Below are positions 63,755 to 64,000 of a DNA stretch of 64,000 nt, one piece after another. Position 1 is the stretch's first letter, and the number at the start of each line of letters is the position of its first letter. Both the position numbers and the translations under genes were made by a program. The notes beneath the pieces were generated by a model. It was not told where the DNA came from. It saw only the letters and a program-made list of their open reading frames with translations, and ran no database searches. The DNA is from a virus: IMG/VR virus record IMGVR_UViG_3300047557_001498, positions 32,001-96,000 of that record; one strand, 5' to 3'.

Positions 63755-64000
63755 TTAATTGGAAATATACCAATCAATAGTTGATTTAAGTCCATCTTCA
63801 AACTTTATTAAGGGTTTCCATCCCAATTCTTCTTTTGCTTTCGATGAATCTATCGCATATCGTCTATCGTGACCTAATCTATCTTTTACATATTCTATTT
63901 TAGCAGACCATTTATCCATGATAGATAAAATTTTTCTTACTAATTCACCGTTAGACCACTCATTATCTGATCCAACATTGTAAACTTCACCATTTCTACC
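63755..64000 (-). CDS. rfbB: dTDP-glucose 4,6-dehydratase, 3' end (partial)
   Basis: Manual translation: GRNGEVYNVGSDNEWSNGELVRKIL...YVKDRLGHDRRYAIDSSKAKEELGWKP..FEDGLKSTIDWY. Confidence 0.88.
   Translation of the reverse strand, partial: GRNGEVYNVGSDNEWSNGELVRKILSIMDKWSAKIEYVKDRLGHDRRYAIDSSKAKEELGWKPLIKFEDGLKSTIDWYISN

Noticed and set aside
1-64000. Stop-codon reassignment (alternative genetic code)
   Set aside because: Conserved genes are full length in the standard code, and TAA, TGA (e.g. 62823) and TAG (43922) all end genes at sensible positions.
1-64000. tRNA or other structured RNA genes
   Set aside because: Intergenic gaps are short and explained by promoters and terminators; no cloverleaf was recognised by eye (tRNAscan/Infernal not run).

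Overview
AT-rich 64-kb segment of a large T4-like (myovirus-type) dsDNA phage genome; essentially all real genes are on the minus strand. In transcription order (right to left) it contains: (1) the 3' end of a dTDP-glucose 4,6-dehydratase; (2) a tail/baseplate module with a gp26-like/gp51-like pair overlapping at a U7 slippery run, a tape measure protein, a 2870-aa repeat-rich protein with an OmpA-like domain, a LysM-like protein and a hub-like protein; (3) a compact PolA-like gene and small putative internal head proteins; (4) SSB, UvsX/RecA, 5'-3' exonuclease, helicase, an ATE-like protein, class II RNR, a nucleotidyltransferase, an Hc1-like protein, thioredoxin, a PLP enzyme, dUTPase and a T3-type SAM lyase; (5) a replisome/DNA-modification block with three SPPY amino-methyltransferases, a split family-B DNA polymerase, clamp, clamp loader, Nmad1, a Cas4-like nuclease and a T4 alpha-glucosyltransferase-like gene; (6) a glycosyltransferase cluster; (7) a host-like T9SS cargo gene pair, a tail-collar protein and a GH19 endolysin. 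TTTG-N19/20-TATATT(T/A)G promoters and a T9SS sorting domain point to a Bacteroidota/FCB host. The most notable items are: a PolB split into two genes whose new termini look like a catalytically dead split-intein (Hint) fragment pair, with a glycosyltransferase gene between them; DNA-modification enzymes carrying the same short FF motif as the polymerase clamp-binding tail; late-expressed enzymes (SAM lyase, NTase, ParB-like) with K-L-K-D-[IL]-L-x-E-type leaders suggesting virion packaging; and a late promoter that is the reverse complement of the T4 TATAAATA box. All family assignments come from motif recognition by eye; no database searches were run.
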